In this document: in pieces, positions 57,164 to 64,000 of the stretch | How positions within the stretch are numbered: the stretch's first letter is position 1 | Layout of the letters: each line of letters begins with the position of its first letter | DNA from: Dehalococcoidales bacterium | GTDB lineage: Bacteria; Chloroflexota; Dehalococcoidia; Dehalococcoidales; UBA5627 | DNA: 64,000 bases | Assembly: GCA_028707255.1 (NCBI GenBank) | Contig: JAQTUQ010000005.1 | Location: forward strand, 5,539 to 69,538 | Direction: 5' to 3' | Position numbers and translations under genes: made by a program | Notes under the pieces: generated by a model | What the model was told of the DNA's origin: nothing | Seen by the model: the letters and a program-made list of their open reading frames with translations, nothing else | The model's database searches: none

Positions 57164-57190
57164 ATGCTTATTATAACCTGTATTAACCTG

Positions 57191-57528
57191 CCATTGCGAG
57201 GAGTCCCTCTACACTGTCTTTCTGAGTCGAAGACGAATGAATCTAATATAAATCAGAGAGGGATGACGCAGCAATCTCTACAGGTTATTTTAATACAGCC
57301 TGCAGTCTATTCGCGAAAGATTGCTTTATCCCGGCAGACGGGATTCGCAATGACAGTTTTGGCGGTGTAGCGGGGTAATTATGTCGTCGGGACTCCAATA
57401 CGACAAGCAGCGGATTGTCATGCTGGAGTTCGTGATGAACGAACGAAGCATCTTGGGCTGGGTGGCTAATTACTATTCCCCTCCCCCGAGATTCTTCGTC
57501 CCGACCAGTCGGGACTCCAGAACGACAG
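57191..57528. repeat. Repeat mosaic: long-hairpin module (57191-57279), family-B (57312-57355), fragment (57383-57406), family-A (57416-57528)
   Basis: See 2073-2178, 39473-39517 and 966-1072 for matching copies. Confidence 0.85.
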
Positions 57529-57604
57529 ACAAACTCTTATGTCGATAAGAGCCAAAACCGAAAAATAACATTCCGTCATCTATTAAAAAATGTGACAAAA
57601 GTTG

Positions 57605-57633
57605 TTGACTTGGACTGCCTGCGGTTGTAAAGT
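57605..57633 (+). promoter_or_regulatory. Sigma-70-like promoter of the peroxiredoxin gene
   Basis: TTGACT, 17-nt spacer, TAAAGT. Confidence 0.5.
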
Positions 57634-57672
57634 TAATCATACACGATAACAAAATTTATACAGGAGGAAAAA

Positions 57673-58326
57673 ATGGAAGAATATCAGACGAAACCTATCA
57701 GCCTACCGAGATTGGGAGAAAAAGCGCCGGACTTCGACGCAATTACCACCCACGGAAAACTCAAGCTCGACGATTTCAAGGGGAGCTGGCTTATTCTGTT
57801 TTCGCACCCGGCCGACTTCACACCGGTATGCACGACCGAATTCATCGCCTTTGCCGAAATCTTCCCCGATTTACAGAAACGCGGCGTGGAACTTTTAGGG
57901 CTCAGCGTCGACAGTTTATCATCTCATATAGCGTGGGCCAGAAATGTCGAAGAGAAAACAGGAGTCAAGATTCCATTTCCGATTATTGCCGACCTCAGTA
58001 AAGAAGTATCGCTGGCTTACGGAATGGTACACCCCGGACAGAGCAAGACGGAAACCGTCAGGTGTGTTTTTATTATCGATGACAAACAGATAATCAGGAC
58101 TATCCTGTATTACCCGTTAAGCACCGGCAGAAATATGCAGGAAATACTCAGAATCGTGGATGCCTTGCAGACAACCGACGCCAACGGGGTAGCCACACCT
58201 GCCAATTGGAAACCGGGTGACAAGGTAATCGTACCGGCGCCCAATACCCAGGAAGGAGCCGAGGAAAGAGTGAAACAACCCGGCTATGAATGTGTAGACT
58301 GGTATCTGTGTAAAAAAGCTTTATAG
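57673..58326 (+). CDS. Peroxiredoxin (1-Cys/Prx6-like)
   Basis: FTPVCTTE peroxidatic Cys motif. 217 aa. Confidence 0.92.
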   Translation: MEEYQTKPISLPRLGEKAPDFDAITTHGKLKLDDFKGSWLILFSHPADFTPVCTTEFIAFAEIFPDLQKRGVELLGLSVDSLSSHIAWARNVEEKTGVKIPFPIIADLSKEVSLAYGMVHPGQSKTETVRCVFIIDDKQIIRTILYYPLSTGRNMQEILRIVDALQTTDANGVATPANWKPGDKVIVPAPNTQEGAEERVKQPGYECVDWYLCKKAL

Positions 58327-58349
58327 AAAAGATTTGAAGGAGGATAATC

Positions 58350-58574
58350 ATGCCTTGCATAAATCCGGAAGGAAAACCGACCGAAACCGGTAAAAAGGTT
58401 CTGCAGGCTTTAAGAGACAACGGATTATGTTCCGCAGAAAAAGTAGCCGAAACGACAGGCGTCGCATTGTTCCGCGTCAGGAGTGGCCTGCGCGACATGA
58501 TAGAAGCCGAACTGGTTGAAATGGTTGCAGATAAATACGATATTACCGAAAAAGGCATCAAGCTAATCGAATAG
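58350..58574 (+). CDS. Small (74 aa) winged-helix-like protein
   Basis: GAAGGAGGA SD, 23 nt after the peroxiredoxin stop. The HTH-like segment AEKVAETTGVALFRVRSGLRDMIEAELV is called from pattern only. Confidence 0.55.
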   Translation: MPCINPEGKPTETGKKVLQALRDNGLCSAEKVAETTGVALFRVRSGLRDMIEAELVEMVADKYDITEKGIKLIE

Positions 58575-58616
58575 CTTCAGACATACTTAATACCGGCTCC
58601 GGGGGCATTGCAGTTT

Positions 58617-59450
58617 TTACTGCCTTATGGCTACCAGCAATACCCCGGGGCCTCCGTGAACGCCCAGTCCGGCGCCCAGGTGCAATATCATGATTTTACT
58701 TTTATCGATAAACCCCGAAATCTGTTCTTTTAACTGATTCGCTTTCTCCGGAACCATGCTGTGGACAATTAACAATTCCTTTATGCCGCTGTTGTTTTTA
58801 ACGAATTCGGTGATTTTTCCCATGCCCTTATCGAAAGTACGCGCCATCCCCGCACGCGCTATATCGCCGTCATGAAAGGTTAACAGCAACCTGATATTCA
58901 AAATGGATGCGGCAGAGAGTACCAGCTTTTTTACGCGCCCGCTGAAAGAAAGATATTTGACGGTATCGAACATTCCCAGCATTTTAACATGCTGGATTGT
59001 TTCAGTGATTTTTTCCGTAATTTCATTCATTCCGAAGCCGGATTTCGCCATCCTAGCAGCTTCCATCACCACCAGCGCCAAACCGCCCGAATTGAACTTC
59101 GAATCGACGACTTCTATCGGGCAGTTGCCGTTAATTGTACTGCTGGCAAGCAGAGCCGAATTATAGGTGCCGCTAATCTTGGAAGAAATATGAATGGAGA
59201 TTATGCCGTCGGCTTTATCGGCAAATTCACCGAATATCTTCATGAAATCCTCCGGCGGAGGCTGTGAAGTTGCCGGATGCACAGGTGAGGCTTCCAGCAT
59301 GCGGTAGAATTCTTCGTTTGTCAGGTCTACGCCGTCACGGTAAATCTTATCACCGAAACGAATATAGATAGGAACCACTGTAATCCCCAGAGACTGCGCC
59401 AGTTCCTGCCCGATATCCGAAGTGCTGTCGGTTACTATTTTTATGCTCAT
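58617..59450 (-). CDS. DegV-family fatty-acid-binding protein
   Basis: IKIVTDSTSD N-terminus. 277 aa. Confidence 0.9.
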   Translation of the reverse strand: MSIKIVTDSTSDIGQELAQSLGITVVPIYIRFGDKIYRDGVDLTNEEFYRMLEASPVHPATSQPPPEDFMKIFGEFADKADGIISIHISSKISGTYNSALLASSTINGNCPIEVVDSKFNSGGLALVVMEAARMAKSGFGMNEITEKITETIQHVKMLGMFDTVKYLSFSGRVKKLVLSAASILNIRLLLTFHDGDIARAGMARTFDKGMGKITEFVKNNSGIKELLIVHSMVPEKANQLKEQISGFIDKSKIMILHLGAGLGVHGGPGVLLVAIRQ

Positions 59451-59586
59451 ATTTTCAACCGCCTTTCAATCATACTTGACAACTATTTATCGGCAATCGA
59501 TACAAAAATCCATGCGGTCAATATGCTTATAATTCATTCTATAGCCGACATGCTGCGCCGTCAATACGTTTTAGCGGTAAAAAGGA

Positions 59587-59979
59587 TTATTTATCTCGCT
59601 TTCGGGATATTTTAATAACCTTGCAATGATAGATAATATAGAACAAACCGGATAACAGCAACGGCAATGAGACAAAAGCAATCGTGTACCCGATTCCCCT
59701 GCCGGCAATCTGCCCCGGATTCCCGGGGAAAGCAAATATATCGAAAAATGTTATCGATATTGCCAGTAATACCATAAGTAATCCGCCGATAAAACGGAAT
59801 TTACCGGCGATAATTAAAAAGATAACCGGCAACGGAACCACAAACCATAACCATGTAAACCGTTGCGTCCAGTCTTCCTGAAATATGAGGTTAAAAAACA
59901 AAAGCGACACAGCGCCGATGATACCGAAGTACAAAGCAGCTTTCGGAAGATAGCTTTTTGCCTGACCTGCCGCATTCAT
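59587..59979 (-). CDS. Hypothetical 4-TM membrane protein
   Basis: ATG 59979 shares one nucleotide with the upstream TAA (TAATG coupling). The longer ORF to 60060 would overlap the upstream gene. Confidence 0.55.
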   Translation of the reverse strand: MNAAGQAKSYLPKAALYFGIIGAVSLLFFNLIFQEDWTQRFTWLWFVVPLPVIFLIIAGKFRFIGGLLMVLLAISITFFDIFAFPGNPGQIAGRGIGYTIAFVSLPLLLSGLFYIIYHCKVIKISRKRDK

Positions 59980-60644
59980 TATACTGACTCCTTTTTGCTT
60001 TTGCTGATAAATAATCCCGTAAACCAGTTTAATATTTTTTTCGATACTCTGACTACCCATCTCCAGTTGAGAATAATATGGATAATAACTATAGCCACAA
60101 TCAATACTGAAACCCAGACATGGATATCAAGCCAGACGTTTCTTTGCAACCCCCAGAAAGTACGCCCGGAGCCTTGCAGCATATAAAAATAATCGAGAGC
60201 GCCGCGCGGCAAAATCAGCCAGAGCACGAAACCGCTGAAGCAATCAACCGCAAATAAAATAAAGAGTACGATAGAAGATATATACTGCTCTCCCGCTTTT
60301 CTGAAAGGTCCGTTAAAATAGCTTTTAGTCCTTTTAAATATTTTAACAATCCAGGTATAGTGCATGATGATATGCAGCATAATCAATCCCAGTAAAATCA
60401 CCGCTGCCCAGTTGTGTATATCAACCCATAAGTATCTGGGTATACCCAAAACAGTAAAATAGTTGCCGCCGAAACCCATCCCTTCATTGCCACACATTTC
60501 AGAATGAACACCCACACCTCTCGGAATAACAAACCACAGGATATAACTGGAGGCCAGCGTAACTATAATAGACAGCACCAGTATAACATCGAGGAAATAG
60601 TTTATGAGGTTTTTAATTTCTCTTTTTATTTTCAATAAACTCAT
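59979..60644 (-). CDS. DUF4405-like (cytochrome-b-like) membrane protein with internal duplication
   Basis: Two repeats of LW(F/L)(V/I)(I/L)PRG ... W(V/L)DIH.W ... HII..(H/N)..W. Family assignment is from memory. Confidence 0.65.
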   Translation of the reverse strand: MSLLKIKREIKNLINYFLDVILVLSIIVTLASSYILWFVIPRGVGVHSEMCGNEGMGFGGNYFTVLGIPRYLWVDIHNWAAVILLGLIMLHIIMHYTWIVKIFKRTKSYFNGPFRKAGEQYISSIVLFILFAVDCFSGFVLWLILPRGALDYFYMLQGSGRTFWGLQRNVWLDIHVWVSVLIVAIVIIHIILNWRWVVRVSKKILNWFTGLFISKSKKESV

Positions 60645-60686
60645 GGAGTCTTCCCTTAAAAAGACTCTATTAACAATTCCAAAGGT

Positions 60687-61118
60687 TTAACAAATACTTT
60701 GTTTCACCTGAATAATTTGAGCCAGTGTGATTCCCTGCATTTCACTATCCAGAATCTCTTGTAATTTCTGAAGTTTATAAGATACAGGACAGGGTTTTGC
60801 CGTAACGCAATTATCGTCATCCAGCAAACACGGGCGGATTACAATGCGACCCTGTACAGCCTCGATAACTTCCAGCAGGCTTATCTTGTCCGGCTCCCTT
60901 GCCAGTAAAAAACCGCCGTTAACGCCTTTAAAACTCTCAATTATTTTCACCCGGCGCAGTTTTTGCAGTATTTTATAGGCAAAATCTACCGGAATATCCT
61001 GCCCTTCCACCAGAACCGCCGCCGTCACCGGGACAGATTCCCTCTGTAAAGCCAGACAAACCAGCATGCGCATAGCATAATCGGTATCCGATTTGATTAA
61101 AAAAACTTTTTTATCCAT
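60687..61118 (-). CDS. Rrf2-family transcriptional regulator, probable Fe-S type
   Basis: wHTH N-terminus (YAMRMLVCLA). Cys triad CLLDDDNCVTAKPC (Cx7Cx5C). Confidence 0.88.
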   Translation of the reverse strand: MDKKVFLIKSDTDYAMRMLVCLALQRESVPVTAAVLVEGQDIPVDFAYKILQKLRRVKIIESFKGVNGGFLLAREPDKISLLEVIEAVQGRIVIRPCLLDDDNCVTAKPCPVSYKLQKLQEILDSEMQGITLAQIIQVKQSIC

Positions 61119-61139
61119 ACTGGACTATGTTAATCCAGT
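61119..61139. promoter_or_regulatory. Inverted repeat abutting the Rrf2 start codon (candidate operator or translational hairpin)
   Basis: ACTGGA-N9-TCCAGT immediately 5' of the ATG on the coding strand. No SD is discernible. Confidence 0.4.
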
Positions 61140-61211
61140 TTTTATTTATTGTCAATGTGTTATTTAATTAAAAACAGACCGGGAATCTGTCTGCTGTTAT
61201 TAAACGGGGAA

Positions 61212-61469
61212 TCAATGGTTAAATTTAAGCTTGGCAAATAACATGCTGCCGACGAGTAATATAGTTATGGCATTCCAAAAAATAACCGCCGGCAAATCCA
61301 GGGCAATTCCATATGCCAGCCAGAATGAAACACCTAACCCTAAAAAGATATTAAAGGTAAGGCTGATTTCCCGCGCGCTTTTCAGCCGGTACAGTCTCCA
61401 AACCTGGGGAATTAACGATGTGGTAGTAAAGAAACCGCCTACCAATCCCAATATTTCCTGCCACTCCAA
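61212..61469 (-). CDS. SemiSWEET / PQ-loop 3-TM transporter
   Basis: 85 aa, three TM segments, PQ motif (SLIPQVWRLY). Confidence 0.8.
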   Translation of the reverse strand: MEWQEILGLVGGFFTTTSLIPQVWRLYRLKSAREISLTFNIFLGLGVSFWLAYGIALDLPAVIFWNAITILLVGSMLFAKLKFNH

Positions 61470-61654
61470 CTTATTTGTCTCCCCGAAAGCGGCTATATTA
61501 TTCCAATAATTATATCGACATTCTTCAACTATTTACAGTTATGAGTATAAATCTGAAAAACATAGTAACAACATCGTTTCTCCATAATTTCTCCATATTG
61601 TATATATATAATGAAAATAATCCGGAAAATGTATAAAAATAATAGGAGGATAAA

Positions 61655-62191
61655 ATGAAGAAGAAATTATTAATCTCAATTGGATTACTGCTGGCTGCCG
61701 GACTGCTGTTTGTTTCAATCGGCGGGTCTACCCTTGCTGCCAGCCCGGCAAATGACAAAACACAAAATGATGGCTGCACGATTACCGGAATGTCCCAGAC
61801 GGGAGGCATCTGCTCTGCGGACGTATGCGCAACCGTTTGCGAACTTTTCGGGATAACGCAGGATGAGTTGCAGTCCCTGCGCCAGAGTGGATTAAGCTTG
61901 GCGGAAATTGCAGCCGGCTACGGAGTGACTGAAGACGAACTCGTAGAAGCTATTATGGCTGTTAAAACCGCCTGCGTGCAGGAACTATTAGCCAGCGGAG
62001 CAATCACTCAGGAAGAGGCTGATTTAATACTTCAAAACATGCTGGAGAGGACTTACGAAATGGTTAACGCCACCGAAATTGGACATTACGGAGGCAACGG
62101 CAATCAAAACGGAAAATCCAACAGCTGGGGTGAATGCAGTGACGGAAACGGCCCCGGCGACCAGCATCAATGGGGAAAGAAAACTCGTTAA
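61655..62191 (+). CDS. Secreted hypothetical protein with helical repeats and Cys-rich N-terminal part
   Basis: AGGAGG SD, signal peptide, repeated G(I/V)T(Q/E)(D/E)EL helices (DUF2680-like impression), Gly/Asn-rich tail. Confidence 0.6.
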   Translation: MKKKLLISIGLLLAAGLLFVSIGGSTLAASPANDKTQNDGCTITGMSQTGGICSADVCATVCELFGITQDELQSLRQSGLSLAEIAAGYGVTEDELVEAIMAVKTACVQELLASGAITQEEADLILQNMLERTYEMVNATEIGHYGGNGNQNGKSNSWGECSDGNGPGDQHQWGKKTR

Positions 62192-62211
62192 TCCGCTAAA
62201 AAACATCATCG

Positions 62212-62246
62212 TTAGAGGCAGATATATATCTGCCTCTAATATTATT
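62212..62246 (+). terminator. Hairpin after the secreted-protein gene
   Basis: Perfect 28-nt palindrome TTAGAGGCAGATAT/ATATCTGCCTCTAA followed by TATTATT. Confidence 0.6.
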
Positions 62247-62310
62247 ACTTGCCAAACTTAAAATATGTGAGTAAGATTATTTTTAGTTAAAACAGGAGAA
62301 ATCCCGGATA

Positions 62311-63000
62311 ATGGGCAAAAAAATTCTGGTCGTAGATGACGAAAAGAAGATAACGGAAATTGTCACCGCTTATCTGGAGAGAGATAATTTTTCCGTTATC
62401 ACAGCCTACGACGGACAGGCTGCGCTGGATGCTGTTAAAAGATTCTCTCCTGATTTGATAATCCTCGACCTGATGCTGCCCGAGATTTCCGGATGGGATG
62501 TTTGTCGTACGCTGCGAAAAGATTCCGGCATTCCCATAATAATGCTGACCGCCCGTGACGAAACATCTGATAAAATCGTAGGACTCGAGCTGGGAGCGGA
62601 CGATTATGTTACCAAGCCGTTCGATGCCAAGGAACTGGTATCACGTGTAAAAGCGGTATTGCGCCGTTATGAAGGGGCTCTGAGCGATACACCAAATAAA
62701 ATTTATGCTGCAGATTTAACAATCGACATTGAGCGGCGGCTGGTAACCCGCGGAGAGCAGAACATTGAACTGACCCCTATCGAATTCGACCTTTTACACC
62801 TGCTTGCCAGACATCCGGGGCGGGTATTCAGTCGAATGCACCTGCTCGACAGCATTCAGGGAGATGCTTACGATGGCTATGAACGCACCATCGACAGCCA
62901 TATCAAGAATCTGCGTAAGAAAATAGAACCCGAGCCGGAAAAACCCGCATACATCATCACTGTTTACGGTGTGGGATACAAAATGGAGGCCGGAGAGTGA
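62311..63000 (+). CDS. OmpR-family response regulator
   Basis: Canonical REC (VVDDE, ILDLMLP, MLTAR, VTKPF) plus a winged-helix output (VYGVGYK). Confidence 0.95.
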   Translation: MGKKILVVDDEKKITEIVTAYLERDNFSVITAYDGQAALDAVKRFSPDLIILDLMLPEISGWDVCRTLRKDSGIPIIMLTARDETSDKIVGLELGADDYVTKPFDAKELVSRVKAVLRRYEGALSDTPNKIYAADLTIDIERRLVTRGEQNIELTPIEFDLLHLLARHPGRVFSRMHLLDSIQGDAYDGYERTIDSHIKNLRKKIEPEPEKPAYIITVYGVGYKMEAGE

Positions 63001-64000
63001 ATAGGCTCGGCTGGAAGCTGACCGGAACGATTTTATTGGTGGTTGCCGTCTGCATCAGCCTGACGGCAACCATGGTCAATCTTATCACTACCAGTGAGTT
63101 CAACCGTTATGTCAGCCAGAGTAATATGTCCCGCATACAGAATGTAGCAGAAAATATCGGTAACTTTTACAACACGGAAAATGAATGGACGAATATAGAT
63201 GACGTTATAGATACATTGGTGTGGTCGGCTAATGCCCGCATAGTAGTAGCCGATAGTTCCGGGTTGATTGTAGGAGATACCGAACAAGAGTGGCTAGCCC
63301 AATATCCTGATGCTATAGGACTGCTTAACGGAACACCGATAATAGTTTCCGGCAATTCGATAGGAGAAGTATTTGTTCTTACTTCTACCATGGGGAACGG
63401 ACAGGGTTCCGGACATATGGGAGGACAGGGACAACACTGGATTCAATCTACTGAAAACTCCAATACTATTCTCGATACTACTCAACAGGATTTCATAGAT
63501 CAGGTAAACAGGGCTATCTGGATATCCGCAATAACAGGTATTGCAATTGCCCTTATACTCGGTTTTTTGTTGACACAATACCTGATTAAACCCATTAAAG
63601 CACTTACCGGTGGAGCCAGGCATATCACAGGCGGAGACCTTACATACAGGGTCAAAGTAAGTTCAGGAGATGAAATAGGTAAATTAACAGAGACCTTTAA
63701 TACCATGGCTTCCAGACTGGAAGCGAGTGAACAAACACGAAAACAACTGATGGCAGATATAACACATGAATTAAAGACCCCTCTGACGGTCATCGGAGGC
63801 ACGGTAGACGGTATTATGGATGGTGTTTTCAATCCGGATTTAAAACATCTGGAAACCATCAAAGAACAAACAGTCACTCTCACACGATTAATTGAAGACC
63901 TGCGTGACATCTCTCTGGCAGAAACAGGACAACTCAAGCTGGAAAAGATCCTTTCCGATATCTCCGAACTTGTTAACCAGGTTGTCATACAATTCGAAAA
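62997..64000 (+). CDS. Sensor histidine kinase (5' part, runs off the window)
   Basis: GTG overlaps the RR stop (GTGA). TM, about 150-aa sensor domain, TM, HAMP, then H-box ADITHELKTPL. Not in the ORF track because there is no stop in the window. Confidence 0.9.
   Translation, partial: MNRLGWKLTGTILLVVAVCISLTATMVNLITTSEFNRYVSQSNMSRIQNVAENIGNFYNTENEWTNIDDVIDTLVWSANARIVVADSSGLIVGDTEQEWLAQYPDAIGLLNGTPIIVSGNSIGEVFVLTSTMGNGQGSGHMGGQGQHWIQSTENSNTILDTTQQDFIDQVNRAIWISAITGIAIALILGFLLTQYLIKPIKALTGGARHITGGDLTYRVKVSSGDEIGKLTETFNTMASRLEASEQTRKQLMADITHELKTPLTVIGGTVDGIMDGVFNPDLKHLETIKEQTVTLTRLIEDLRDISLAETGQLKLEKILSDISELVNQVVIQFE

Noticed and set aside
63033-63988. Minus-strand ORFs (74-162 aa) at the right end
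   Set aside because: They are antisense to the sensor kinase. The kinase is open to the window edge, which is why it is absent from the ORF track, and it carries HAMP and H-box motifs.
1-64000. CRISPR array
   Set aside because: The repeats are heterogeneous hairpin modules with irregular spacing and orientation, not a direct-repeat/spacer lattice. No cas genes are present.
1-64000. Alternative genetic code or stop-codon recoding
   Set aside because: All recognisable housekeeping genes are full length under the standard code with TAA/TAG/TGA stops. No in-frame stops interrupt conserved domains.

Overview
This window is a chromosomal, housekeeping-dominated stretch of a moderate-GC bacterium. 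Gene content, Thr-rich lipoprotein linkers and the type of intergenic repeats suggest a Chloroflexota/Dehalococcoidia-like organism, but that is inference only. I can support about 70 protein genes. They include the hrcA-grpE-dnaK heat-shock operon with dnaJ set apart, der-plsY-gpsA, argF, polA, mutM, gltX, and rluD-lspA with a DksA/TraR-like gene. There is also a Fur-family regulator with a metal ABC importer, pyrD, ybeY, miaB, yajC, nadBC, ispH, trpS, coaE, rplU-rpmA-rpmE, hisI, hisA, a peroxiredoxin, DegV and an OmpR/HK pair. One tRNA-Ser(GCU) is present. I see no rRNA, CRISPR array, transposase, integrase or phage genes. No obvious multi-gene novel system (defence, secretion or biosynthesis) is visible. 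The most unusual signal is non-coding: almost every long intergenic spacer is filled with mosaics of short hairpin repeat modules. One ~110-bp family is always built from two different half-modules in inverted orientation, which resembles E. coli BIME logic. Other items worth a second look:
- a tandem pair of lipoprotein serpins with divergent reactive-centre loops
- rplU, which appears to start at ATT
- a free-standing 42-aa basic ORF with its own promoter, SD and terminator
- an Rrf2 / DUF4405-like / 4-TM operon
- an aspartate-less receiver domain
- a symmetric CIRCE variant
- an extremely Thr-rich lipoprotein

All coordinates were hand-derived. Repeat, promoter and terminator boundaries are good to a few nucleotides at best, and some start codons are ambiguous as noted.
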